Positions 10,850 through 20,573 of a stretch of DNA of 64,000 bases are shown piece by piece. The position numbers and the translations under genes were made by a program. The notes below the pieces were generated by a model. That model was not told the DNA's origin. It ran no database searches and was given only the letters and a program-made list of their open reading frames with translations. Each line of letters starts with the position of its first letter. The stretch's first letter is position 1. Source of the stretch: an uncultured Spirochaetota bacterium (GTDB taxonomy: Bacteria > Spirochaetota > Brevinematia > Brevinematales > JAOACQ01); NCBI GenBank assembly GCA_963783575.1, contig CAWAOD010000011.1:160001-224000 (forward strand). Reading direction: 5' to 3'.

Positions 10850-10956
10850 TTATCGAAGGGTCGAGGGGATTCCTTTAGAGTTCTTACATAATACCTCACA
10901 GCTTTCTGCAATGTTTATTACCTAGAAGCTCTGCCTCGAGGATCTTTATTACCAAT

Positions 10957-13350
10957 TTATTCTGATATAATAATGTTGGAGTAAGAAGACCACCCAGCAG
11001 TATTTGCATAAACACTTACATATATGTTCGAAACTCTGATGGCTTTCAAATTACCGCAGCTCTGGAATTGCGACCCATCGGCTACAGGCGGTGCAATGGG
11101 ATTTAGTATTACATTCGTCAGGTTGCCGCAGAAGCCAAAAGCGTCAATCCCGATATTCGTGACGCCGGCAGGTATTGCCACATTTGTTACACTGCAGTAT
11201 TCAAAAGCTTCGTCACCGATAGATGTGACGCTGTTTGGAATTATAACGATTGCCAGATTATTGCAGTTCTGGAACATACCGTATTGTATGACTGTAATAT
11301 TGTTAGGGATAGTCACGCTCTTCAGGTTTACACAGCTCTGGAATGCATCGTATCCAATAGACGTAACGCTGTCGGCTATTGTCACATATACCAGGCTTCC
11401 GCAATTCTGGAAAGCAGAATACTCAATCGTTGTGACGCCGCTTTGAATCGTCACATTAGCCAGGCTGCCGCAGTATTGGAATGCTGAATATCCAACAGTT
11501 ATGACACTGCCAGGGATCGTAACACTTGCAAGGCCACTACAGCCCTGGAATGCATTATTCCCTACATTCGTGACACTGGTAGGGATTGTCAAACTTATAA
11601 GACTGCCGCATCCATTGAATGCACTATTCCCGATAGATGTAACACTGCCGGGAATATTGATATTTGTTAGGCTGGAGCAGCCCGAAAACACTTCATTTCC
11701 AATAGATGTTATACTGCCAAGATTTGTTACAATTAAAAGGCTGACACATCCATTGAATGCACCGTTTCCGATAGATATAACACTTGTAGGGATTGTTACG
11801 CTCTGCAAACCTACACAATTTGCGAATGCATTATTTCCAATTGTAGTGACATTGCCAGGGATTGTTATATTTGTGAGGCTTCCGCAGTTCTGGAAAGCCT
11901 GGTCACCGATGGAAGTAACACTGTTCGGGATAGTCACGCTCTTCAGGCTTCCGCAATTCTGGAAGTCCCAACCTCCTATTGTTGTGATGCAATTTGGAAG
12001 TGTTACATTTGTAAGTCCGTTGCAGCCCTGGAATGAAAATGTTCCCATAGAAGTAACGCTGTTTGGAATTGCTATGCTTACCAGGCTGCCACATTGCGAG
12101 AAAACATCATTTCCGATAGATGTAACGCTGTTTGGGATAGTCACGCTCTTCAGGCTTCCGCAGTTCTGGAAGGCCTGATCACCGATGGAAGTGACACTGT
12201 TAGGGATTGTTACATTTGTCAGCCCACTGCAGCTCTGGAATGTATTATTATAGATTGTCGAAACGCCGTTGGGAATTGTAATGCTCGTCAGGCCGCTGTT
12301 TTGGAACGCAGAATATCCTATCGTTGTAACGTTGTTCGGGATACTCAGGCTCCTCAGACTGCTGCAATTTTGAAAAGCGGAATATCCTATCGCTGTGACG
12401 CTATTAGGAATCGTTACGCTTACCAGTCCTGTGCAGCCTTGAAACAAATTATTCCCGATATACGCAGTACCGCTGACGATTGTTGCGTTTGTTAGTCCGG
12501 TACAGTTTTGAAACGTTCCATTCCCGATGGATGCAATATTGGTTGAGATCGTCAAATTCACCAGACCCGAATTCTGGAACGCATTATCCTGAATGGCAGT
12601 GACACTGCCCGGAAAAGTAATATTCTTCAGCCCCGTGCAGTTTTGAAATGCGCTGTTTCCGATATAACTAACGGTGTTCGGGATTGTTATATTTGTTAGA
12701 CTTGTACAGTTTTGGAACCAGTTATTCCCTATGAAAGTAAAATTGTTTGGGAGAGTTATACTTGCCAGGCTGGAACAGTAGGCAAACAAATTATTTTCCC
12801 AGTTCTGAACCATAATGCTGTTAGGGATTGACACGCTTATTAAGCTAGTGCAATATAAAAACACTTCATTTCCGATGGATATAACACTGTTAGGAATTAT
12901 AATGTCTGTAAGGCTGGAACAGTACGCAAACGTATCATTCCCAATGGATGTGACGCTGTTGGGGATAGTAATGTTTGTCAGGCCTGTACAGCCCTGGAAT
13001 GCGCTATCCTCAAGGGAAGTTACACTTGTCGATATTGTTATATCCCTCAAAATAGAACAATTCTTGAATGCGCCATTCCCGATTGACGTAACGATATTAC
13101 TGTTTATTGAGCCGGGTATTACAATAGAGGCTTTTTGTGAATCATTCTGGTTGGACCATAAACTGGAAAGCCCTGTAATTGTACATGTATTGCCGGAAAT
13201 GGTATATGTAAAAATGGAGGTGGCCGGAGTCGAACTTGTTGGATTGCTGGAATTGCCTCCACTGCCGCTGCTTCCCGGGTTAGTACTGCAGCTTGCTGTG
13301 AAGAAAAAGATAACCATAAAGAAAATTGGAACAAAAAGTTTCCTGATCAT
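10957..13350 (-). CDS. BspA/TpLRR leucine-rich-repeat surface lipoprotein
   Basis: RBS GGGGAGGA before ATG 13350; lipobox TASC; Ser/Gly linker; long run of 22-23 aa repeats LxxVTIPNSVTSIGxxAFxxC. Confidence 0.92.
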   Translation of the reverse strand: MIRKLFVPIFFMVIFFFTASCSTNPGSSGSGGNSSNPTSSTPATSIFTYTISGNTCTITGLSSLWSNQNDSQKASIVIPGSINSNIVTSIGNGAFKNCSILRDITISTSVTSLEDSAFQGCTGLTNITIPNSVTSIGNDTFAYCSSLTDIIIPNSVISIGNEVFLYCTSLISVSIPNSIMVQNWENNLFAYCSSLASITLPNNFTFIGNNWFQNCTSLTNITIPNTVSYIGNSAFQNCTGLKNITFPGSVTAIQDNAFQNSGLVNLTISTNIASIGNGTFQNCTGLTNATIVSGTAYIGNNLFQGCTGLVSVTIPNSVTAIGYSAFQNCSSLRSLSIPNNVTTIGYSAFQNSGLTSITIPNGVSTIYNNTFQSCSGLTNVTIPNSVTSIGDQAFQNCGSLKSVTIPNSVTSIGNDVFSQCGSLVSIAIPNSVTSMGTFSFQGCNGLTNVTLPNCITTIGGWDFQNCGSLKSVTIPNSVTSIGDQAFQNCGSLTNITIPGNVTTIGNNAFANCVGLQSVTIPTSVISIGNGAFNGCVSLLIVTNLGSITSIGNEVFSGCSSLTNINIPGSVTSIGNSAFNGCGSLISLTIPTSVTNVGNNAFQGCSGLASVTIPGSVITVGYSAFQYCGSLANVTIQSGVTTIEYSAFQNCGSLVYVTIADSVTSIGYDAFQSCVNLKSVTIPNNITVIQYGMFQNCNNLAIVIIPNSVTSIGDEAFEYCSVTNVAIPAGVTNIGIDAFGFCGNLTNVILNPIAPPVADGSQFQSCGNLKAIRVSNIYVSVYANTAGWSSYSNIIISE

Positions 13351-13590
13351 AAAATTTGTCCTCCCCAAAAAAAATCGTATCGAATGCATTTATTTTATCG
13401 AAAATCAGTTAAATTGTCAAGACCACAGACGGGAGGGAAATTTTAACTTTCTATACATAATAATCCTTCATTTGATTCAAGTTATCTGCGCCGGTTCATT
13501 ATTCCACCATTTATACCCTGTTTTCTTTGCTGTTTTTGATTCTATATATTACAATTTTCCTCAATAAAGTATATTTTGAAGGAGTCATCA

Positions 13591-14616
13591 ATGCGAAAAT
13601 TCGGATTAATTTGTACCGGATTTATTCTAGTATTTCTTACTATGGGGACATCACAAGATAATATATACAAAGTTCAGAAGATTGTAAAAGCAGGAGGCGC
13701 AGGAGGATACGACTATGTCTATGCCGATTCAGATGGCCGGAAATTATATATTGCTCGAACTGGAATACAAAATAGGATTACGGTATTTGATCTGGACACC
13801 CTGGTATTAATAGATGAAATTTCCAACATAAATGCCCATGGAGTCGCTGTTTCGGCAAAATCGGGCCATGGTTTTGCCACCAGTAAACCGGTTGCAATGT
13901 GGGATACAAAAACGTTTAATCTTATAAAAACGATTGAAGTTGACGGTAGTCCTGATGGAATTCTCTATGACGGATTTAATGACCGGGTTTATATTTTCAG
14001 TCATAAAGTTCCTAATGTGACTGTGATTAACGCTTCAGACGGATCGGTTGCGGGCAAGGTTGATCTTGGAGGCGCCCCGGAGCAGGCAGTTTCCGATGGA
14101 AAGGGACATATTTATGTTGACATTGAAGACAGGGATAATATTGCAGTTATTGATGCAAATTCTTCTGTAACCGCTCATTACGATCTGGCCGGAAAAGGTG
14201 GAACCTGCGCAGGCCTGGCAATTGATATGAAGAATCAAATACTTTTTGTTGCCTGCCGTGATCCGCAAACCATGGTAATTCTGAGCGCAGCAGATGGAAT
14301 GATCATCTCTGTATTGCCAATCGGTAAGGGTACGGACGGAGCCGCTTTTAATTCAAATACCATGGAAGTTTTCAGTTCGCAGAGTGACGGTACTCTGACT
14401 GTAATCAAAGAGAACAGCCCAAACAGTTTTGCTGTTGAACAAAACCTGATCACCATGCAGAACGCAAAAACTCTGACTCTTGATTCCAAAACAGATAAAA
14501 TAATCCTAATTGCCGCGGAGTTTGCCCCTCCGCCCGAAGCGCAGAAGCAGGGGAAACGGCCTCAACATGGACCAATGATCCCGGAATCTTTTTGTATTAT
14601 CGAAGTCGGTAAATAA
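13591..14616 (+). CDS. Secreted YncE/YVTN-type beta-propeller protein
   Basis: Signal peptide; repeated blades (GYDY..., PDGILYD..., PEQAVSDG...). Confidence 0.75.
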   Translation: MRKFGLICTGFILVFLTMGTSQDNIYKVQKIVKAGGAGGYDYVYADSDGRKLYIARTGIQNRITVFDLDTLVLIDEISNINAHGVAVSAKSGHGFATSKPVAMWDTKTFNLIKTIEVDGSPDGILYDGFNDRVYIFSHKVPNVTVINASDGSVAGKVDLGGAPEQAVSDGKGHIYVDIEDRDNIAVIDANSSVTAHYDLAGKGGTCAGLAIDMKNQILFVACRDPQTMVILSAADGMIISVLPIGKGTDGAAFNSNTMEVFSSQSDGTLTVIKENSPNSFAVEQNLITMQNAKTLTLDSKTDKIILIAAEFAPPPEAQKQGKRPQHGPMIPESFCIIEVGK

Positions 14617-14718
14617 ACAATACTTTTTCTTTAGTTGACAGACTCTTCCTATATGGGTTTTCCCTTCATTTATTTTTAAAATATCACTGCGCAAATATAA
14701 TTATACCCGGCTATTTCA

Positions 14719-15606
14719 TTATTTTCCATATATAGTATTCAGTAAATAAGCCAATCTTAATCCTCCTTTTTCAATCTGTAAATAAGCTGTCTTTTCATTC
14801 TTTTTCTTATAATCTGAAAAATTAACCATTGTAAGATATGATTTTTTACCATTAGTAATGGAAAAATAATTATAAATTTGAATCCCAATTAAATAGCTCT
14901 TATATGACCAGTCAATCAATGAGCTGTTTGTCCAATTAACTTTTTCTTTTAAAGGCGTTAAATTAATCTTTGAAACCAATTCTTTTCCTTTTTTATTAAT
15001 GGCAGTGATATCATTGGTATTAGCCTCTAAATCCCATAAGATATGGAGATTTATATATTTATTTTTACCTCTGTAAGTATTAAATAAATTGGTAAAAATT
15101 CGGCCATTGCCTCCCCTGTCGCCGTTCAAATCAATATTATGAAGGGGCTGCGTAATATCACCCGCAAAATGTATCAAAAACAATAGGTTTGTGTAAGCTA
15201 TCGGGCTTTTAGTATTTTTATTATTTATTAAGAAGACTATTTCATTTGATAACTGGGAAATAACATTATCATTATTAGCGGGCAGATAGGCCAAGATATC
15301 TTTTCTGGTGTAATTCTTATCTTCGGGTAAATCAATAAAGTGCCAGGGCGCGGTATTCCTGTATTTATTTCTTATAGAATCAGCGTCCGGTGCATGATTC
15401 TTAATCCATAATTTAACTTTTTGTTTCATTGATAATTTGGAATCACTATTAAGATGACTCTTTATTAATTTATAAATATTTGTGCAGGCTGTATCCGTTA
15501 GATATTCACCGGCAATATAGCCTATTAATTTATGGCCGCCTTTTGCCCAGGGAAAAAGTAATGAACAAGGAACAAGAAGAAATAGAATAAGTAATTTTAT
15601 TTTCAT
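14719..15606 (-). CDS. Secreted S1/P1 nuclease
   Basis: Signal peptide then WAKGGH (first Zn ligands W/H); WHFID, HFAGDITQPLH, DRGGN, LHILWD, GGLRLA. Confidence 0.9.
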   Translation of the reverse strand: MKIKLLILFLLVPCSLLFPWAKGGHKLIGYIAGEYLTDTACTNIYKLIKSHLNSDSKLSMKQKVKLWIKNHAPDADSIRNKYRNTAPWHFIDLPEDKNYTRKDILAYLPANNDNVISQLSNEIVFLINNKNTKSPIAYTNLLFLIHFAGDITQPLHNIDLNGDRGGNGRIFTNLFNTYRGKNKYINLHILWDLEANTNDITAINKKGKELVSKINLTPLKEKVNWTNSSLIDWSYKSYLIGIQIYNYFSITNGKKSYLTMVNFSDYKKKNEKTAYLQIEKGGLRLAYLLNTIYGK

Positions 15607-15792
15607 ATATTCCCCAAAATTGATAAATTTTATCAATTAAATTAAATCATAATAATTCTGTATTATTTTAAAGAACAATTAAAAAAATAGTTAGTAAATG
15701 GGCAAGTCTTGAAATATCGATTTATTATATGAATTGAGAATTTTTATAATTGGGGTTACAATTAATGTTATAATTATATTCAGAGGTATTCT

Positions 15793-16431
15793 ATGAAAAC
15801 AATCGCCATTAACGGAAGTCCCAGAAAAGACTGGAACACTGCAATTTTACTGGAAAGCGCTCTTAGGGGAGCGGCCCTGGCGGGAAGTAAAACAGAATTA
15901 ATTAATTTATATGACCTGAATTTTAAGGGCTGTATAAGCTGTTTTAAATGTAAAAAAAACGGAAGTAAAAATTACGGGAAATGCGCTGTGAAAGACGGAT
16001 TAACTCCAGTCTTGAGAAAAATTGAAAAGTCTGATGCGCTAATAATGGGCTCGCCAATTTACATTGGTTCTGTGACCGGTGAAATGAAATCATTTATGGA
16101 ACGGCTGTTGTTTCAGCATCTGCTCTATTCCAGCCCGTCAGGGACTTCTTTTAAGGGAAAATTAAGGGTAAGTTTTATTTACACTATGGGTATGAATAAA
16201 GAACGGTTTGAGAATAGCCAGCTAAAAGCTCATACTGAAGGCATTGAATCAACAATCATAAGAATCTTCGGAAATATCGAAACATTGCATTGTTTTGATA
16301 CTTATCAGATGGATGATTATACAAACATTGAATACGGTATGGATATTGATAAAAAATGGGAAAGAAGAAATACCGAATTTCCAAAAGATTGTGAAAAAGC
16401 CTTTGAAATAGGGAAGAACCTGAATAAATAA
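15793..16431 (+). CDS. Iron-sulfur flavoprotein / NADPH-dependent FMN reductase family
   Basis: NGSPRKDWNT, CISCFKC...C, GSPIY. Confidence 0.85.
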   Translation: MKTIAINGSPRKDWNTAILLESALRGAALAGSKTELINLYDLNFKGCISCFKCKKNGSKNYGKCAVKDGLTPVLRKIEKSDALIMGSPIYIGSVTGEMKSFMERLLFQHLLYSSPSGTSFKGKLRVSFIYTMGMNKERFENSQLKAHTEGIESTIIRIFGNIETLHCFDTYQMDDYTNIEYGMDIDKKWERRNTEFPKDCEKAFEIGKNLNK

Positions 16432-16466
16432 ATTTGTTTAAAATCGGGGATAGGAAGGAGCATAAA

Positions 16467-17084
16467 ATGAAAGTACTGGCATTTAACGGAAGTCCGCATA
16501 AAGACGGAAGTACATACACGGCTATAAATATTGTATCCGAGGAACTTAAAAATTTTGATATTAATGTTGAAATTGTCCAGGTTGGGAGTAAAATTATAAG
16601 AGGCTGTATTGGCTGCTACAAATGCAGGGAACTTAAAAAATGCTTTTATAATGATGATATTGTAAATGAGAATCTGGCTAATATTCAGGATGCCGACGGA
16701 TTGATCTTAGGCTCGCCTGTTTATTATTCCGGTATAGCGGGAACAATGAAATGTTTCCTTGACAGATTATTTTTTGCCGGTCCAGATTTGCGGTATAAAG
16801 TCGGGGCAGCTGTATTAGCCTTAAGGCGTTCAGGCGGCGTTTCCGCTTTCCAGCAAATAAACAATTACTTTAATCTGGCTCAAATGATAATCGCGCCGTC
16901 ACAATACTGGAATGTCATTCATGGCACGAATTCCGAAGAAGTGATAAAGGATGAAGAGGGAGTTCAAATATTGCGGACTCTTGGGAAAAACATGGGATGG
17001 CTGTTAAAATCACTTCATTCCGGAAGAAATGAAATTACTGAACCGGTACAAAGCCAAAAAGTAAGGACCAATTTTATCCGCTGA
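16467..17084 (+). CDS. Iron-sulfur flavoprotein / flavodoxin family (second tandem member)
   Basis: NGSPHKDGST, CIGCYKC...C, GSPVYYSG, RRSGG; RBS GGAAGGAG. Confidence 0.85.
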   Translation: MKVLAFNGSPHKDGSTYTAINIVSEELKNFDINVEIVQVGSKIIRGCIGCYKCRELKKCFYNDDIVNENLANIQDADGLILGSPVYYSGIAGTMKCFLDRLFFAGPDLRYKVGAAVLALRRSGGVSAFQQINNYFNLAQMIIAPSQYWNVIHGTNSEEVIKDEEGVQILRTLGKNMGWLLKSLHSGRNEITEPVQSQKVRTNFIR

Positions 17085-17121
17085 GGTCAGGCTAAACTTA
17101 CGGGTTAATTTATTGATTATT

Positions 17122-18353
17122 TCAATGATCAAAACTATCCGCTTTGAAGAGATCGGGAAAAAGCTTTGTCCAGGCAAGAACCACAGCTATAGTACCGATC
17201 CCTCCGATTACTACGGAGGGTATGGTTCCAAACCAGGCGGCCGTGATTCCGGATTCAAATTCTCCAAGCTGGTTGGACGTTCCTATAAAGAGAGAATTAA
17301 CAGCGCTCACCCTTCCCCTCATATTATCAGGAGTCTTAATCTGAACCAGTGTTTGTCTTATTACAACGCTGATTACGTCAGCGCCTCCCAGAACAGCAAG
17401 CGATGCAATAGACAGGATAAATGACCTCGAAAGCGCAAAAATTAGAGTGGCAATTCCGAAAATAATAACCGCGGTAAACATAGAACGCCCTATATGCCTA
17501 CGAATGGGTTTTCTTGACAGATAGAGCGATATAAGGAGAGCCCCTGCTGCTGGAGCGGCTCTTAAAAGCCCAATCCCCAGGGGCCGGTTGAGAGAATATC
17601 CCGCGCGTAAATCGGCAACAAAGCTGTTGCCCCTCCGAGCAAAACCGCGAAAAGGTCTAAGGAGATTGCACCTAGAATAACAGGTCTGTTAAAAATGAAA
17701 TGTATGCCTCCGAATAAAGCCATATAGCTGAAAGGTTCTTTATTTGCGTGTTTTAGTACCAAATGAATCCGGCTTGTTAGAAAACAAGAAGTCAAATATA
17801 AAAGGCAAATGATTGAATAGATCGTTAATGGGCCGAAAGTATAAAGAATTCCACCCAGTGCTGGACCGATAATTGACGCTGTCTGAAATGCCGACGAGGA
17901 AAGTGCTGCGGCCCGCGGAAAACTTTTAGCCGGCACAATCCCGGGCAGAATCGCCTGCATCGACGGTCCCTCGAAGGCCCTTGCCGCGCCTAAAAAGGTC
18001 AGAACTATTAATATGATTTCAGTATTGAGCCAGCCTGAAAAACTGCCTGCGGCAAGAATAAATAATCCCATGCCTTCCACAGCCTGGCAAACAAGAATTA
18101 TTGACCGCCTGTTGAAACGGTCCGCTGTATGGCCGATTAAAAGTGTTAGAATGAACATGGGCAGGAATTGTACAAGACCTACCATACCGAGGATAAAGGC
18201 GCTTCCTGTAATTGCGTATATCTGCCAGCCCACAGCAACGGCGGTCATCTGAGATGCGAGAGAGGCGGCAGTTCTTACAGTCAATAAAAAAACGAAAGAG
18301 CTGTTTCGGGCCAGGGATTCATCGAACTGCCCGCTTTCTGAAGATTTATTCAT
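17122..18353 (-). CDS. MFS transporter (MFS_3-type), frameshift at ~17565
   Basis: VAVGWQIY, ADRFNRR, LDLFAVLLGGATALLP, MRGRVSAVN; one extra base in the homopolymer restores GLGFLRAAPAAG. Confidence 0.85.
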
Positions 18354-18584
18354 TTAAATATCCGGATTTTCATAACTTTATTCATGAGGGAATATTCTAA
18401 TTCAGAAGCCCGCAAAACTCAAATATTAAACTTTAATGTGTTTTCCGGTTTATTTTGATTTTTGTGTTTTTTTATCAGGTTTATTATAATTTTTTACTAT
18501 AGAAAATGAGAAAGTCTTATTGTGTCAGATGTTCAAGTCCGGTTAAACTGGAAATAGTAATTTTAGATATTTTAGGAGAATAAT

Positions 18585-19304
18585 ATGCCTGATACTGTTC
18601 TTATCACTGGTGCCGGCAGGGGGCTCGGTTACTGGCTCTCAAAGAAGTTTCTTGAAAATAAATATTTTTTGATCGCTCTGAACAAGATAAAAAGCGCGGA
18701 TTTCGATAAACTCGCCGCAGATCACCCCGGTAAAACCGCTGAATTTATCGCTGATATAAGCGACGAACAATCCGTGATAAAGGCCTGCAAAGGATTAAAA
18801 AAGATATCGGAGAAAATTGATATTCTGATTAACAATGCCGGGATTCATCCGGAACCGTCAAATCACAAATGGAAGCATATCGATGACCTGTCCGATGTCA
18901 TCCTGGATACTGTAAAACTTAATTTATCGGTCAATGCATATGGACCCCTGCTTGTAGTAAAGCATTGCCTGCCTTTTTTGAAAAATGGGCGGCAAAAGCT
19001 TATCGTCAATATTTCTTCCGAAGCAGGCAGCATAGCGCAGTGTTACAGAAAAGATGAGTTCGGATACTGTATGTCGAAAGCCGCCCTGAATATGCAGTCA
19101 AAAATCCTTCAGAACAGGCTTTTGGAATTCGATCTGAAAGTCATCGCTGTCCACCCCGGATGGATGAAAACCGATATGGGCGGGCCGGAAGCCTCCGATT
19201 ATCCCGAAGTCTGCGCCGAAAGAATAACAGCCCTCGCCCTCAGGAAATGGAAGAAGGACGATCCCATTTACATGGATAACCTGGGCAACCCCTTAACCTG
19301 GTAG
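18585..19304 (+). CDS. Short-chain dehydrogenase/reductase (CsgA/sniffer-like)
   Basis: TGAGRGLG, NNAG, YCMSK (YxxxK), HPGWMKTDMG. Confidence 0.9.
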   Translation: MPDTVLITGAGRGLGYWLSKKFLENKYFLIALNKIKSADFDKLAADHPGKTAEFIADISDEQSVIKACKGLKKISEKIDILINNAGIHPEPSNHKWKHIDDLSDVILDTVKLNLSVNAYGPLLVVKHCLPFLKNGRQKLIVNISSEAGSIAQCYRKDEFGYCMSKAALNMQSKILQNRLLEFDLKVIAVHPGWMKTDMGGPEASDYPEVCAERITALALRKWKKDDPIYMDNLGNPLTW

Positions 19305-19313
19305 AGGATTAAT

Positions 19314-19967
19314 ATGGAAAATATTAAAATTCTCATAATCGGCGGCGATAAAAAGCATTATCATGAATTTTCAATAATAGGGCCTTTATTCAGCAGGATA
19401 TTATCCGGTAATGGTTTTGATGTCACTCTCACAGACGACTTTAATTATTTTCTGCCTGAAAATATTATGCCATATAAAGTTATATTATGCTTTTCACTTA
19501 AACCCTACCTGAATGCCAGACAGGCTGAAGGGCTTCTTGAGGCTGTAATCGGAAATCCATGGGGCAGAACAGGCGTTCCGAAGGGTTATCTCGGCGTTCA
19601 TGGAGCGTCTGCGAGCTTTATAAATAACAGGGATTATTTAAAAATGCTGGGCGGAAAGTTTCTTACCCATCCGCCAATGGGAGGCCCATACCGGATTCAT
19701 GTAAAAAATCCGGAGCACCCTGTATTGAAAGGAATCACGGATTTTGAGATAAACGATGAATTGTATTTGATGGATACCTACCCGCCGTTTGAAACGCTTT
19801 TGGAGACGGAGTACCTGGGTTTTTCAAGACCGCTTGCATGGGTAAAGCCTTACGGACTGGGCAGGGTCTGCTATCTAGCTCTTGGCCATGGCCCCGACCA
19901 GATGCGGAACCCTTTTTTTGGAAAATTTATAACTAACGCCTTACTCTGGTGCGCGAATATCAAGTAA
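19314..19967 (+). CDS. ThuA-like (class I glutamine amidotransferase-like) domain protein
   Basis: GVHGA, LGGKFLTHP, HPVLKG, DELY, YGLGRVCYLALGH. Confidence 0.8.
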   Translation: MENIKILIIGGDKKHYHEFSIIGPLFSRILSGNGFDVTLTDDFNYFLPENIMPYKVILCFSLKPYLNARQAEGLLEAVIGNPWGRTGVPKGYLGVHGASASFINNRDYLKMLGGKFLTHPPMGGPYRIHVKNPEHPVLKGITDFEINDELYLMDTYPPFETLLETEYLGFSRPLAWVKPYGLGRVCYLALGHGPDQMRNPFFGKFITNALLWCANIK

Positions 19968-19997
19968 GACCGGCAGATTTAAAAGATGAAATCTTTC

Positions 19998-20534
19998 CTA
20001 TTGGTCAGCCTGCCGGACTTTTATCAAATTGGAGAGATTAAATCCGTTGCTTACCGCCGAATCCAGGAGAAATTGGTATACAGAATCATCGAGTTGTGGT
20101 GTTCGGCTGAGAATCCATAGATAATCCTTAGTGGCACTGGTGACCATTGCATACTGATAATTTGTGCGATCGAGCTCAAAAACAATATAATCACTGCCAA
20201 ACCATAGAAAAAAGCTTACAAAAAGTTTTGAGGGGAGTTTCTGATCCTGTACCCTCGCGTTTCCGTGCGCACTTGAACGCTTTTCGCTTTTAATACCTTC
20301 ATTCAGAACGTCCACCTGCCCGTTATTCTTTAAAGTATATGTGGCAGTGACATAATTAAGTCCTTCTTCGAAAGATGTGGGCAGCCTTGCGATCTCGTAC
20401 CATTTTCCCATATACTTATTCACATCAAAATTATCTACCGGTTTAATATCCGCAGTACTTTTGTTTTCAGCCGGCAGTGCGGAGAACGCGCAAAAAACCA
20501 TTGAAAACAATAAAACAGATTTTTTTGTGAACAT
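19998..20534 (-). CDS. blc: Bacterial lipocalin
   Basis: YMGKWYEIARLP, ATY, YLWILSRTP; signal peptide; AGGAG 5 nt before ATG 20534. Confidence 0.88.
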   Translation of the reverse strand: MFTKKSVLLFSMVFCAFSALPAENKSTADIKPVDNFDVNKYMGKWYEIARLPTSFEEGLNYVTATYTLKNNGQVDVLNEGIKSEKRSSAHGNARVQDQKLPSKLFVSFFLWFGSDYIVFELDRTNYQYAMVTSATKDYLWILSRTPQLDDSVYQFLLDSAVSNGFNLSNLIKVRQADQ

Positions 20535-20573
20535 ACATTCTCCTATGTAATTTGTCAAGTTTTATTTTAAGAT

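Larger units (their letters stand above)
9142..10860 (-). repeat. REP-like repeat copy B (inverted), interrupted by IS1182
   Basis: Removing 9159-10849 and one TTA gives AGCCTGCCCTGAGATTATCGAAGGG; its reverse complement is CCCTTCGATAATCTCAGGGCAGGCT. Confidence 0.75.

Noticed and set aside
11024..13567. Long + strand ORFs antisense to the BspA gene
   Set aside because: Shadow frames produced by the repetitive LRR coding sequence; no RBS or recognisable domain.
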